From positions 4,013-46,998 of the forward strand of contig CAZUNO010000022.1 of the NCBI GenBank assembly GCA_964621445.1: a stretch of DNA of 42,986 nt. Direction: 5' to 3'. A program made the translations under genes and the position numbers. Under the pieces are notes generated by a model that did no database searches, was not told the origin of the DNA, and worked only from the letters and a program-made list of their open reading frames with translations. Shown here piece after piece: positions 10,168 to 20,160 of this stretch (position 1 is its first letter; every line of letters begins with the position of its first letter). Source of the stretch: Candidatus Hadarchaeota archaeon. Its GTDB lineage: Archaea; CAYQAE01; CAYVLA01.

Positions 10168-11511
10168 CTAATTTAGGAACGCCCTGGGGTCCGAGGTCTC
10201 CGAGCACTCGCCGGCCATATCGGTAAGCATCATCTTTTTCGCCTCCTCGGGATCCGGGTCGTGGCCCAGAACCCATCCCAGCTTCACGTAGGCGGTCTCC
10301 GGTATCATGTCCCCGCAGTAGACCACCCCCAGGTCCCATACCTTCCTTCCCTCGCTGTAAACCAGGGGATTAGTTCTACCGTAGATCGTCTGGGCGGCCG
10401 CGGCCACCAAAACTCCCTCATCTATTGCCCTGGAAATCGAGGGCAAAAGGTTTCTCTCACTCTCGTCGGTGGCCAGATGACCCAGAGCCGTTACCTCCAG
10501 GAGTATTCCTCGATACCCTCTATCAACGAGGAAGTCGATGAGTTCGGGCTCCATTCCCGGGTAAAACTTGATGAGAGCTATCCTCTCCTCGAAAACGGCA
10601 TCTACCTCCACAGGACCCTTGCTCCTTTCCCGGTATTCGTTCCCCAGTTCCACTTTCCCGTCCGGCCAGGCCCTGCCCAGGGGTAGCTCGTCGATGGACC
10701 TGAAGGCATCCCTTCTCGAGGTGTGCATCTTCCTGACCCTGGTTCCTCTGTGTATGAAGCAGTATGTATCGTCCATCTCCCCGTGCATCACCAGGCATAC
10801 ATCGCCCATGGAGGATCGGCCGGCCACCGCGGCCGAACAGACCAGGTTCATTGAGGCGTCGCTGGAGCCCCTGTCCGTGGACCTCTGGGCCCCGGTGAAA
10901 ACAACCGGCCCGGTGAGTTCCCGGAGCATGAAACCCAGAGCGGCCGAGCTGTAATGCATGGTGTCGGTGCCGTGGGTAACCACCACCCCTCTGGCCCCGG
11001 AGTTTAGCTCCTCGGCCACGCCCTCTGCCATCCTCTTCCAGTGACTGGCGGACATGTTCTCGCTCCCCAGGGCAAAGGGACTCCTCACGTTCCTTATGGA
11101 AACCAGGTCCTTAAGCTCGGGGGCCATGAAGAACATCTGCCCCGGCTCCATAAGCCACTTCACGCCACCGGTCTCGTAGTCCAGCCTGGAGCTAATGGTG
11201 CCCCCGGTGGATATCACCGATATCTCGGGAACGTCCTCCGCGGGCTCCACGTCAACGCTGGGGAAGGCCTCCAGGGACCTGCCCCCTGAAAGCTTCCTGA
11301 GCCGGGTATCGGGGCCCAACTCAAGGCCCAGGTTGTACCCGTTATCCAGCTTGATTATCAGGGAATCCGGGTCCCCGCCGATCAGGGGGCGGGGAAGGAG
11401 AATGCCCCTGTAATGGTAATCATCCGATTGCAGCTCGATCCTGTCTCCCACATCGATTTCGGCCGCCTGCAATGCGTTACGGATTCTTTTAGAGTAATTC
11501 TCCAGCTGCAA
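10168..11511 (-). CDS. gatD: Glu-tRNA(Gln) amidotransferase subunit D
   Basis: GatD N-domain (IIKLDNGYNLG), asparaginase motifs TGGTISS and HGTDTM, KMHTSRRDAF; directly upstream of gatE. Confidence 0.97.
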   Translation of the reverse strand: MQLENYSKRIRNALQAAEIDVGDRIELQSDDYHYRGILLPRPLIGGDPDSLIIKLDNGYNLGLELGPDTRLRKLSGGRSLEAFPSVDVEPAEDVPEISVISTGGTISSRLDYETGGVKWLMEPGQMFFMAPELKDLVSIRNVRSPFALGSENMSASHWKRMAEGVAEELNSGARGVVVTHGTDTMHYSSAALGFMLRELTGPVVFTGAQRSTDRGSSDASMNLVCSAAVAGRSSMGDVCLVMHGEMDDTYCFIHRGTRVRKMHTSRRDAFRSIDELPLGRAWPDGKVELGNEYRERSKGPVEVDAVFEERIALIKFYPGMEPELIDFLVDRGYRGILLEVTALGHLATDESERNLLPSISRAIDEGVLVAAAAQTIYGRTNPLVYSEGRKVWDLGVVYCGDMIPETAYVKLGWVLGHDPDPEEAKKMMLTDMAGECSETSDPRAFLN

Positions 11512-11622
11512 CTACACACCGGGGCCATTGTTCCCTTCCAGGTTGAAAACTCTCATCGCCATCGGGGCAGGGATGAAGAAAACATATGTATTTGCGCCTG
11601 CTAGGTATATTTCGTCTGGGGA

Positions 11623-12240
11623 GTGACCAAGGTAACCAGGAGATTCAACGAACTTAAGAAGACCGCGCTCAGCATGCTGTCCGAGGGCAAGACCGACCTA
11701 CCGGAGAAGATAATGGATAGCATGATGGAGATCGTGCGTGAGAAGAAGAAATCCTACAAGAAGAAGAGGAGAGAGGTACTCCGAAAGAGGATGCAGAGGA
11801 AGATAAAGGAAGCCGAAGAAAAGGCGGAAGAGAAATTCAAGGCCAAGGAGGAGGGCCTCAAGGTCATACAATACCACATCAAGAAGAGGGAGTTCCGTGA
11901 GGCCAGGGCCCTTCTGGGTGGCTTCTATCTCACCCAAAAATCCAAGAGAAAGAGGATCAAGAGGGACATGGAAACCGAGGAGGAAACCGAGGAGAGGGAA
12001 ACGGTGAAGAAGGCCCTGGAACAGGATGTCCCCGACGACGTATTCCAGGAACTGGCCGACCTCATGTCCGTGGGTGAGGAGGAGGCACAGATGTACGCAC
12101 TTGAGCTGGCCCACGGCTTCAACAAGGCCACAAAACAGGAAATCAGCGCCGAGAAGGCCGCCGAGTGCTACCTTGAATTCAGGAACTGGGACTTCAGAAC
12201 AACCTGGCTCCCGGTCATAAAGGAATCGAGGAACAAGTAA
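11623..12240 (+). CDS. Hypothetical charged (K/E/R-rich), probably helical protein
   Basis: 205-aa ORF with host-like codon usage filling the gap between gatD and the deacetylase; no motif recognised. Confidence 0.7.
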   Translation: MTKVTRRFNELKKTALSMLSEGKTDLPEKIMDSMMEIVREKKKSYKKKRREVLRKRMQRKIKEAEEKAEEKFKAKEEGLKVIQYHIKKREFREARALLGGFYLTQKSKRKRIKRDMETEEETEERETVKKALEQDVPDDVFQELADLMSVGEEEAQMYALELAHGFNKATKQEISAEKAAECYLEFRNWDFRTTWLPVIKESRNK

Positions 12241-12243
12241 ACC

Positions 12244-12858
12244 TCAGTCTATCCTCAATAGCTGCCTGGCCACCTCGAAGGCCTCGGCGTACTTCACATG
12301 GGCCTGCCATCCCCTGAACTGGTTCAGCCCCCGTACTGATTTGGGACGCATGTAATACCTGTCGGCCTGGCTCTCGTGGGCAGCTATGGACTCCATTTTG
12401 ATATCCATGGTACTGGTAATATCCACGTAGGTGTAGGGCTCGAAACTGGACCAGGCGGACATCCCCTCGTACATGTATACCTCTTCCAGCATCCTGCTTG
12501 CGGACAGGGTTGCTAGGCTGCCGTTTCTGTGGTCCTGGTGCCTGTCCTTTTGGCTGCAACAGTAGACCCTATGGGGGTCGAAGTCCTTCATCAAATCCTC
12601 TATCAGGGAAACCGTATCTATTGAGTCCTGCACGTTCCCATCGGGAAGACCAAGGAACTCTATATCCTCACAACCCAGAATACGGATCGACTTCCTGGCC
12701 TCCCTCCTGCGGACATCTGCCTCACCCCCCCTTTCGCCGTCGGAAAGTACCACGATCTTTACCTCATGGCCCTTCCTTGAATGCAGGGCCATCGTACCTC
12801 CCACACAGAGGCAAAAGTCATCCGGATGCACCGAAACCACGAAAATCCTCATCTTCAT
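12244..12858 (-). CDS. PIG-L/LmbE family deacetylase
   Basis: HPDD...GG, SDGERG, RRREA, HQDH, YAEAF. Confidence 0.92.
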   Translation of the reverse strand: MKMRIFVVSVHPDDFCLCVGGTMALHSRKGHEVKIVVLSDGERGGEADVRRREARKSIRILGCEDIEFLGLPDGNVQDSIDTVSLIEDLMKDFDPHRVYCCSQKDRHQDHRNGSLATLSASRMLEEVYMYEGMSAWSSFEPYTYVDITSTMDIKMESIAAHESQADRYYMRPKSVRGLNQFRGWQAHVKYAEAFEVARQLLRID

Positions 12859-13865
12859 TCACCTATGTCGCTCACAATTATGTCGAATGGGGCCCTCACG
12901 AATCCCAGGCCAACCTCGTAATCGTCAATCCTATACACTTCCTGTCCCAGGGCAATCCTGGCCGTTATCTCGGGCAGATTAACACCGGCCACCGATGCCA
13001 GGTAGTTATAGCCAAACAGCCGGGGGTTTACCTCCATTAGCTTGTAGGAACCGTCCCTCTCGTCCAGCTTGATCTCAGGTGACGCCGGACCCATCCAGTC
13101 CAGACAGGAGACCAATCTCTCCCCCAGCTCGCGGAGTTCAGGTTCCTTCACGGTCATGCCGGCGACGGCAACGCCCCCCGAAGGAGGCGATTGCCTGGTC
13201 TTCCTCAGCACTATGCTGGCAGCGGCCTTTCCCTGTTGGTCGAATACCGCGCCCACGGTGAATACCGGACCGGGCACGTATTCCTGAACCATTACCACAC
13301 CCGGTTCACGGTCTGCCTTGTTCCAGGCCCTCTCCACCCCGGAAGCTCCATCAACGAAGCTTACCCCCCGAGCGCCCCTAGAACGGGAGGGTTTAACCAC
13401 CACGGGGAACCCCAGGTCCTCCGCGTCATCCTCGGCCCCCTGGGGGTCACCTACGATTCGTGTTTCGGGGACCGGAAAGCCGCACTTCTTGGCCTCGCTC
13501 ACTGTCAGCTCCTTATTCAAGGCCCTGGCTGCCGATTCTTCCCGGGGCAGCAGCACGTCGGTCAGCTCCCGTAATCGCGGAAGCCGCTGCTCGGTGCATA
13601 ATACCGCTATCTCCTCGTCCACGGTGGGTATCAAGACGTCGATATTTTCCCTCTTGATTATCCTGGCAAGGGACAGGAAGTAATCGTCCTCCTGGGCAGC
13701 CGGGACCACGTATGCAGAATCCGCGAAATGAAACAGCCCCGGAGCCTGCTTGTCCATATCCAGGGCCACTATCTTGGCCTCCAGGTCGGAGTGGTGCAGG
13801 CTCCTGATGGCGTTGTAACCCGCCGGTCCCCCGGCGCCGGTGACGCAGATAACCCGCTCGCTCAA
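12855..13865 (-). CDS. ATP-grasp domain protein (carbamoyl-phosphate synthase large-chain-like ligase)
   Basis: VTGAGGPAG, LIPTVDEE, FPVVVKPSRSRGARGV, VQEYVPG, LMEVNPR; 4-nt overlap with the deacetylase; start trimmed to TTG 13865. Confidence 0.88.
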   Translation of the reverse strand: MSERVICVTGAGGPAGYNAIRSLHHSDLEAKIVALDMDKQAPGLFHFADSAYVVPAAQEDDYFLSLARIIKRENIDVLIPTVDEEIAVLCTEQRLPRLRELTDVLLPREESAARALNKELTVSEAKKCGFPVPETRIVGDPQGAEDDAEDLGFPVVVKPSRSRGARGVSFVDGASGVERAWNKADREPGVVMVQEYVPGPVFTVGAVFDQQGKAAASIVLRKTRQSPPSGGVAVAGMTVKEPELRELGERLVSCLDWMGPASPEIKLDERDGSYKLMEVNPRLFGYNYLASVAGVNLPEITARIALGQEVYRIDDYEVGLGFVRAPFDIIVSDIGE

Positions 13866-13966
13866 GGTAACTGACCACCATGAGCTCGATCCAGTACAAT
13901 ATAACTCTTCCATCAACCGGGGACACACATATCTTCCACAACCCGCACCGCCTCCAGGTGCCAGGT

Positions 13967-15052
13967 ATGAACGCAAGGCAGACAAAGCTACTCAAAAGAT
14001 TGACCGAATCATTTGGCCCATCTGGGTTCGAGCGTGAGCCGGCTTCCATAGTCAAGGGGGAGATGGAGAGCTGGGGCGATTCCTCGGAGGTAAGTAAACT
14101 TGGCTCCGTGGTATTCAAGAGGAAGGGCACTTCCGAAAGTCCAAGGGTACTTCTTGCCGGGCACATCGACGAGGTTGGCTTCTGCGTGACCGGAATCCAC
14201 GAGACCGGCTTCCTGACCTTCACCCCCCTGGGGGGATGGTTTGACCAGGTGCTTCTAGGTCAGAGGGTTATAATCAGGACCAGGGAGGGAAAGCTCCAGG
14301 GAGTCATCGCCGCCACCCCGCCCCACCTGCTCCCTGAGGAGGAGCGCAAGAAGGTGATAAAGATCAAGGACATGTACATCGACATAGGGACCTCCTCCAA
14401 GGAGGAGAGTCAGGGGCTGGGGGTCAGGATCGGGGACCCGGTGATGCCCCTCTCCCCCTTCTCGGTACTCCGGGGCGGGGAGGTGGCCATGGGAAAGGCA
14501 TTCGACGACCGCATTGGGGCCTTTATCTCCATGGAGGTGGTCAGGGAACTGGGCCAGGGCGACATCTCTCATCCAAATCAGGTCATAGGGGCGGCCACCA
14601 CCCAGGAGGAGCTGGGTGCCAGAGGGGCGAAGACCGTGGCCAACCAGGTGAAGCCCGACGCTTGTCTGGTCGTGGAGGCCGATATATCCGGCGATGTCCC
14701 GGGCTGTTCGGAGAAGATAGCACCGGCCAAGATGGGCCAGGGACCGGCCATACTTACCTACGACAGGTCCATGGTTCCCAACCAAGCACTAAAGGAGTTC
14801 GTCATATCGGTGGCCGAGGAGGAGGATATTCCCCACCAGCTTTCGATTGTCACCAAGGGCGGCACCGATGCCGGGGTGATACACGTCTCGGGAGCGGGAT
14901 GCCCGAGCCTGGTAATCGGAATTCCCACCCGGCACATACACTCCCACGTGGGGCTGCTCTCGCTCAAGGACGCGGAGTCGGCCATTTCCCTGGTCACCCA
15001 GGTCGTCAACCGGCTTGACGCCAGGACGGTGGAGTCATTTACCTCCTTCTGA
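13967..15052 (+). CDS. M42 family metallo-aminopeptidase (TET-like)
   Basis: GPSGFE, AGHIDEVG, KAFDDRIG, TQEELGARGA, GGTDAG, RHIHS; start trimmed to ATG 13967. Confidence 0.94.
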   Translation: MNARQTKLLKRLTESFGPSGFEREPASIVKGEMESWGDSSEVSKLGSVVFKRKGTSESPRVLLAGHIDEVGFCVTGIHETGFLTFTPLGGWFDQVLLGQRVIIRTREGKLQGVIAATPPHLLPEEERKKVIKIKDMYIDIGTSSKEESQGLGVRIGDPVMPLSPFSVLRGGEVAMGKAFDDRIGAFISMEVVRELGQGDISHPNQVIGAATTQEELGARGAKTVANQVKPDACLVVEADISGDVPGCSEKIAPAKMGQGPAILTYDRSMVPNQALKEFVISVAEEEDIPHQLSIVTKGGTDAGVIHVSGAGCPSLVIGIPTRHIHSHVGLLSLKDAESAISLVTQVVNRLDARTVESFTSF

Positions 15053-15116
15053 AGGTAGGTATCCTCCCTTTCCATTTATAATATCCCGGCCCAACTGAAA
15101 ACACGGAGAAGACAAC

Positions 15117-15812
15117 ATGTTTGGTCTAAATGGAGATAAATTTGAGAGAGTCCTGGTCTTTGGCGCCCACCCCGATGACGAGATAATTGGCCCCGGGGGC
15201 ACCATCGCCAGACTGAGCGAGGAGGGGGCCAAGGTCACCGTGGTCACCTTCACCGCCGGGGAGACGGCCTACACCGAGTCCGACATGAAGGGGAAGATGG
15301 CCGATATCCGTATGGAGGAGTCCAAAAAGTGCGACGCCATTCTGGGAATAGACGAGCGCATCGTCCTCGGTCTGCCCTGCCAGGGAGTTACCAACGACAC
15401 CGATACCTACCAGCGCTGCGTGGGAATAATCAGGGATAAGATGCCGGACCTAATCCTCAGCCACTACACCCAAGACAAGCACCGCGATCACCGCACCGTG
15501 GCCGAGATAGTGGACGAGGTGAGGTGGAAGGCCTCGGAGAGCGTCCTCAGCGATTTCGGCGATCCCTGGTACTGCTCCCATATGATGTACTACGAGGTCC
15601 TGGAGCTGTTCACATATCCCTCCTTCGTGGTGGACATCAGCGACTATTACGAGAAAAAGTTGGAGGCCATGAAGTCCCAGTCGACCCAGGTGGATATGAT
15701 GACCGGGGTCCTCCGCCACGTCGAGGGTCTGGCCAAGGTAAGGGGGTTCATGGCCGGGTCCCAATACGCGGAGGCCTTCCAGGTTTCCAACAAGTTACCC
15801 GGTCGAATCTAA
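15117..15812 (+). CDS. PIG-L/LmbE family deacetylase
   Basis: GAHPDDE, FTAGE, HRDH, YAEAF. Confidence 0.92.
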   Translation: MFGLNGDKFERVLVFGAHPDDEIIGPGGTIARLSEEGAKVTVVTFTAGETAYTESDMKGKMADIRMEESKKCDAILGIDERIVLGLPCQGVTNDTDTYQRCVGIIRDKMPDLILSHYTQDKHRDHRTVAEIVDEVRWKASESVLSDFGDPWYCSHMMYYEVLELFTYPSFVVDISDYYEKKLEAMKSQSTQVDMMTGVLRHVEGLAKVRGFMAGSQYAEAFQVSNKLPGRI

Positions 15813-16682
15813 CTCCTCACAGGCAGCCCTAATGGACTCGGATTCCTCTTCGGTGAGCTTGCTCATTGGAGGCAAGGGCTCCCCGGTTTCAATCCCTTTC
15901 ATCCTCAGTATCTCCCTTATTATCGTGTTTTCCTTGCCCGGGGTTAATAGTGATACCTTCCTCAGAAGGTCCTGTTGAGCCGATCTTGCCCTCGCCACAT
16001 CTCCATCCTGGAAGGCTTTCCAGACCTCGACTACCTCGGCCGGGAAGCAGTTTGAGCTGCCCGAAACGTGTCCCGATGAGCCCGCCGAAAGCGAGGGGAG
16101 AATCATGCGGTCGTTACCGGCATAGAACCTCAAACGGTCCCCGTAGAGGGCTATGGCCTCCGACAGCCACACCATATCCCCGCTACTATCCTTCATGCCG
16201 TATATTCCATCCACCTCGGCCAGCCTGCCCAGCAATTGGTGGGAAACGTCATTGACCGCACACTGGGGTATCTTGTAAACTATGATGGGTGACTCCACTT
16301 CACTGGCAACCTTGACGTAATAATCGAATAGTGTCTCGTCCGGGAGATGGTAATACCAGGGGGTCACAACCACCACCGCCTCCACGCCGAGGTCGTCGCA
16401 GTACCTCCCCATCTCTATGGTCTCCTTGGTCGTTGAGCAGGCAATTCCCGGAGTGACTGGGACCCTACCGTCGACGGCCTCCACCACCGCGGAAGCCACC
16501 TCCTTCTTCTCGTCAAGGGAAAGAATTGGGCCCTCCCCGGCGCTGCCCGTGGGAAAGATCACGTCTATTCCCTCATCTATAAGGTAATCGACCAGCTCCT
16601 GAAGACCGTCAACGTTCAGGGAGCCGTCCTCATCATGTGGCGTTATCATAGCGCAGATAACCCCGCCAATTTCGCGGTTCAA
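15795..16682 (-). CDS. Dihydrodipicolinate synthase/N-acetylneuraminate lyase family aldolase
   Basis: AMITP, TGSAGE, VVTPWY, YKIPQ, GMKDSSGD (Schiff-base Lys); start trimmed to TTG 16682. Confidence 0.9.
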   Translation of the reverse strand: MNREIGGVICAMITPHDEDGSLNVDGLQELVDYLIDEGIDVIFPTGSAGEGPILSLDEKKEVASAVVEAVDGRVPVTPGIACSTTKETIEMGRYCDDLGVEAVVVVTPWYYHLPDETLFDYYVKVASEVESPIIVYKIPQCAVNDVSHQLLGRLAEVDGIYGMKDSSGDMVWLSEAIALYGDRLRFYAGNDRMILPSLSAGSSGHVSGSSNCFPAEVVEVWKAFQDGDVARARSAQQDLLRKVSLLTPGKENTIIREILRMKGIETGEPLPPMSKLTEEESESIRAACEELDSTG

Positions 16683-16747
16683 CTCGCTCGCACCACCCGC
16701 AGCTGAGCGGTGGGTATAAAAAATATTCCTTAGATAGCCCCGGTGAT

Positions 16748-17389
16748 TCACTCCACCAGCTTCCTGGCAACCCTCACCGCGGCCACCGCATCCTTGGCGT
16801 AGTCGTCCGCCCCCATCTCCATCGCGTACTTCCTGTTGACCGGCCTGCCCCCCAGGAGCACCTTCACCCTGTCCCTGACCCCCCTTTTCTCGAGCTCCCG
16901 GACTATCCCCTCCATGGCCGGCATGGTCGTGGTCAGCAGGGCCGACATGGCCACTATCACATTCTCGTCTCCGGCCTCCTTGACCGCCTCCACGAACCGT
17001 TCCTTATCAACGTCGACCCCTAGATCAACGATATTGAACCCGGCGGAGCGCATCATGGCTATCACCATGTTCTTGCCGATATCGTGGAGGTCGCCCTTAA
17101 CGGTCCCTATGATTAGGGTTCCAGGCGATCCCACCTCCCCGACTTCTATGTGGGGCTTGACTATCTCCATGCATTCCTGCATCACCTGTCCGGAGGCAAT
17201 CAGTTCGGCCTCGAAGTACTCCGAGGACTCGTAAAGCTCCCCGACCCTCTCCATACCCCTGGATAGGCCCTTGAGGATGATGTCCATGGGCGCAACACCC
17301 TTATCCAGTGCCTCTCTCACTAGCTCCTTGCTACCCTTGAAGTCGATGTCCACCACACTTTCTGAAATTCTCTTAAGGATGTCCGCCAT
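16748..17389 (-). CDS. Methyltransferase corrinoid (B12-binding) protein, MtbC/MttC-like
   Basis: Cap domain GLSRGMERVGELY, then GTVKGDLHDIGKN, DLGVDV, MSALLTTT, LGG. Confidence 0.93.
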   Translation of the reverse strand: MADILKRISESVVDIDFKGSKELVREALDKGVAPMDIILKGLSRGMERVGELYESSEYFEAELIASGQVMQECMEIVKPHIEVGEVGSPGTLIIGTVKGDLHDIGKNMVIAMMRSAGFNIVDLGVDVDKERFVEAVKEAGDENVIVAMSALLTTTMPAMEGIVRELEKRGVRDRVKVLLGGRPVNRKYAMEMGADDYAKDAVAAVRVARKLVE

Positions 17390-17507
17390 GCTGAATCTCC
17401 GTGACCCACCCGACTCCTGAACATCTTAAATCTCTTTCACCCTGACATCCACCTGAAAACACTAAATACCACCAGAAAAACCCGGTCCTCCAGAGGATTC
17501 GTTTCAC

Positions 17508-19535
17508 ATGTCCGAAAGGCATGCCATGGGCGAATGTTACCTGGAATGGGATGATGAAGCCATACAGATAGGTACCGGGAGGATGGAGAGGACCTGGGAT
17601 CTGGGGGGCGGCCTGTTGCATCCCTCCTCAATTCGCCGGGTTGATCTCGACCGGGAATGGTACTTCGGTGTATCCTCCGTACCGATTCCATATCCCCCGT
17701 TTCCGGTTGATACGGATCGGGATATCACGGTTTCCTTTCGGGAGGGCAGGATACTCCCCGCGGCCAGGAAATCCCTGGTGGTGAACGTGGAGTCGAGGGG
17801 CCGGTTTTCAAAGCTAGTATACAGGATGATGGCCTTCGAGGGTGCCCCGGGGCTATCGATGCAACTGGAGGCTTTTCCCCGGGGGAAGGGACATCCTGGT
17901 CCTTCTCCTGACCTCACCGGCGATGAAGATCTGCCCTTAATGGACTGCACCGAGGACCTGAACCTGGACCCCAGGCACGTCAGGGTTCGACAGGTAGAGC
18001 TCATGGATCAGACCGATAAGCACGACGAGCTGGTTTTCGAGAGGGAATGGCTTCTACAGCCAAATGAAGAGGACCTAGCTTTGAAAGGGAACCTTTTCGT
18101 GGTGGAGGATGTCATCTCTCAAGCCGGCCTGGTGTTCATGAAACATGCTCCTCTTCCATGGGCCAGGCCGGTCAAGTGTCCCTTCGACCTCAAGGTTCGT
18201 TCCAGGTCGGCTAGCTATCACCCATCGGAGGATGAGGACTCCAGGAGCAAGCACCTGCCCTACCGTTGCCGTTTTTTTGGACATGGGATTCCTCCCCGGG
18301 GTGGAAAGGGCTATTGGTATTCGCTTATCTCCTATGAGGGCGGAGATCCAGGTGTTACCGAGGCCCTGCAGACCTACCAGAGTTACTACCGTGCATATCT
18401 TCCGGGTAGAGATGGTCAATTCCTCAGCAACACCTGGGGGGACAGGTCCAGGGACCGCCGGCTAAATGAGGAGTTCATACTGAAAGAGATAGATGCCGGG
18501 AAGGAATTGGGTGTCGATGTGGTGCAGATAGATGACGGCTGGCAGAGGGGTATAAGCACCAATACCAGTTCCCAGGGGGTATGGCAGGGATTCTGGGATT
18601 TCGATGAGAATTACTGGGATCCGGACCCAGAAAAATTCCCTCGGGGACTGGGACCTCTGTGTGTCGCGGCCCAGGAGAGGGATATGGAGGTTGGACTATG
18701 GTTTGCCCCCGATTCCTTGAACCATTTTGAGGACTGGGAGCGGGATGCTGACAGGGTCCTGGAGATCTATGATGAGTTTGGGATCCGGTTCTTCAAGATC
18801 GATGGGGTAAAGGCCAGGACCAAGGAGGGTGAGAGGAACCTGCATCGCCTGTTCCGAAAGGTGCTCGATGGGTCCAGGGGAAGGGTTTCCTTCGATCTGG
18901 ATGTCACCGCCGAGGTCCGACCGGGATACCTGGGAAGCATTGGAACCGGCCCCGTGTTCGTGGAGAACAGGTACACCGATTACCATCGCTACTGGCCCCA
19001 CCAGACCCTGAGAAATCTATGGAAGCTGTCGCGTTATATCCATCCCTTCAGACTGCGGATGGAGTTCCTGAATAACCAGCGAAATCAGGACCTATATGCT
19101 GACGATCCACTGTCCCCCGCTCAGTACGACCCTGATTACCTTTTCGCGAGCGTGATGTTTTCAAACCCTTTGGGCTGGTTCGAGGTGTCGAACCTGCCGG
19201 AGGATTATTTCCGGGATATTCCGCCCCTGGTCAGTGTATGGAAGGAGAAAAGGGACGAGATCTACACTGGACGGGTATTACCCATAGGTAATCCGCCCGA
19301 TGGGAGGAGCTGGACGGGATTTCTTTCCCTGAACCCTGAAAGGGATTCCGCCCTTCTTCTGGTTTTCCGGGAGCTCTCACCAAGGCCGAAATGGGCCACG
19401 ATGCTAAGGATGCTGCCCCGACCTGATATGGATTGCCGTGTTTTGGCTGGCAATGGCCGTCTTGAGCTGCATGGTAAGCGTCTGGAAGTGATCATGGATA
19501 GCGAGCTCAGCTATTTATTCGCCGAGCTCAAGTAG
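17508..19535 (+). CDS. Alpha-galactosidase-like glycoside hydrolase (GH36/GH27 clan)
   Basis: NTWGDR, VQIDDGWQ, KFPRGL, GLWFAP, FFKIDG (nucleophile motif). Confidence 0.82.
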   Translation: MSERHAMGECYLEWDDEAIQIGTGRMERTWDLGGGLLHPSSIRRVDLDREWYFGVSSVPIPYPPFPVDTDRDITVSFREGRILPAARKSLVVNVESRGRFSKLVYRMMAFEGAPGLSMQLEAFPRGKGHPGPSPDLTGDEDLPLMDCTEDLNLDPRHVRVRQVELMDQTDKHDELVFEREWLLQPNEEDLALKGNLFVVEDVISQAGLVFMKHAPLPWARPVKCPFDLKVRSRSASYHPSEDEDSRSKHLPYRCRFFGHGIPPRGGKGYWYSLISYEGGDPGVTEALQTYQSYYRAYLPGRDGQFLSNTWGDRSRDRRLNEEFILKEIDAGKELGVDVVQIDDGWQRGISTNTSSQGVWQGFWDFDENYWDPDPEKFPRGLGPLCVAAQERDMEVGLWFAPDSLNHFEDWERDADRVLEIYDEFGIRFFKIDGVKARTKEGERNLHRLFRKVLDGSRGRVSFDLDVTAEVRPGYLGSIGTGPVFVENRYTDYHRYWPHQTLRNLWKLSRYIHPFRLRMEFLNNQRNQDLYADDPLSPAQYDPDYLFASVMFSNPLGWFEVSNLPEDYFRDIPPLVSVWKEKRDEIYTGRVLPIGNPPDGRSWTGFLSLNPERDSALLLVFRELSPRPKWATMLRMLPRPDMDCRVLAGNGRLELHGKRLEVIMDSELSYLFAELK

Positions 19536-19559
19536 CAGGATAAAGGTCCGGATGGATGA

Positions 19560-20108
19560 ATGGTCAAGGCCGGAAGAATACTGGACAGGTTTAGGGCCAA
19601 GGACGGCCGGGAGGTAGTGCTGAGATACCCGGCCTTTGAGGATGTCGATGACTACCTGGAACTCATAAACTCCCTGGCCGACGAGGACGCTCCCATTCTC
19701 CACACCAAGAGGCTTGAAAGGGATGAGGAGGTTCAATGGCTGGGGAAGGCGCTGATAGACCTGGAGAAGGGGAAGCGGGTCATGATCTGTGCCGAGGTGG
19801 AGGGCAAGGTGGTGGCAAACTGCGACCTGACCAGGAGAAGCGGGGCAAGGAGCCACACGGGTGAAGTTGGAATCGTGGTGAGACGGGGGTTCCGGGACCT
19901 CGGAATTGGGACTACCTTGCTGCGCCTGCTGGCGGATCAGGCCAGGGAGATGGGAGTGGAGCTATTGGTCCTGGGCGTTTTTGCGGGTAACGAGCGTGCC
20001 CGGCACGTCTATGAGAAGGTTGGATTCAGGGAGGTTGGCTGCATCCCACGGGAGTTTCTAAAGAACGGGAAGTACATCGATCACGTGAGAATGGTCCTTG
20101 AAATCTGA
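19560..20108 (+). CDS. GNAT family N-acetyltransferase
   Basis: VRRGFRDLGIGTTLL (motif A), NERARHVYEKVGF. Confidence 0.92.
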   Translation: MVKAGRILDRFRAKDGREVVLRYPAFEDVDDYLELINSLADEDAPILHTKRLERDEEVQWLGKALIDLEKGKRVMICAEVEGKVVANCDLTRRSGARSHTGEVGIVVRRGFRDLGIGTTLLRLLADQAREMGVELLVLGVFAGNERARHVYEKVGFREVGCIPREFLKNGKYIDHVRMVLEI

Positions 20109-20160
20109 GCCACGCGTTACCTTTATGTGGAGTGAGGTTTCGAGGATTCCGGTTGATTGA

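Noticed and set aside
16748-19545. Pyrrolysine/selenocysteine readthrough near the corrinoid gene
   Set aside because: The ORFs are full length at their stops, and no in-frame continuation, methylamine methyltransferase or pyl/sel gene is seen.
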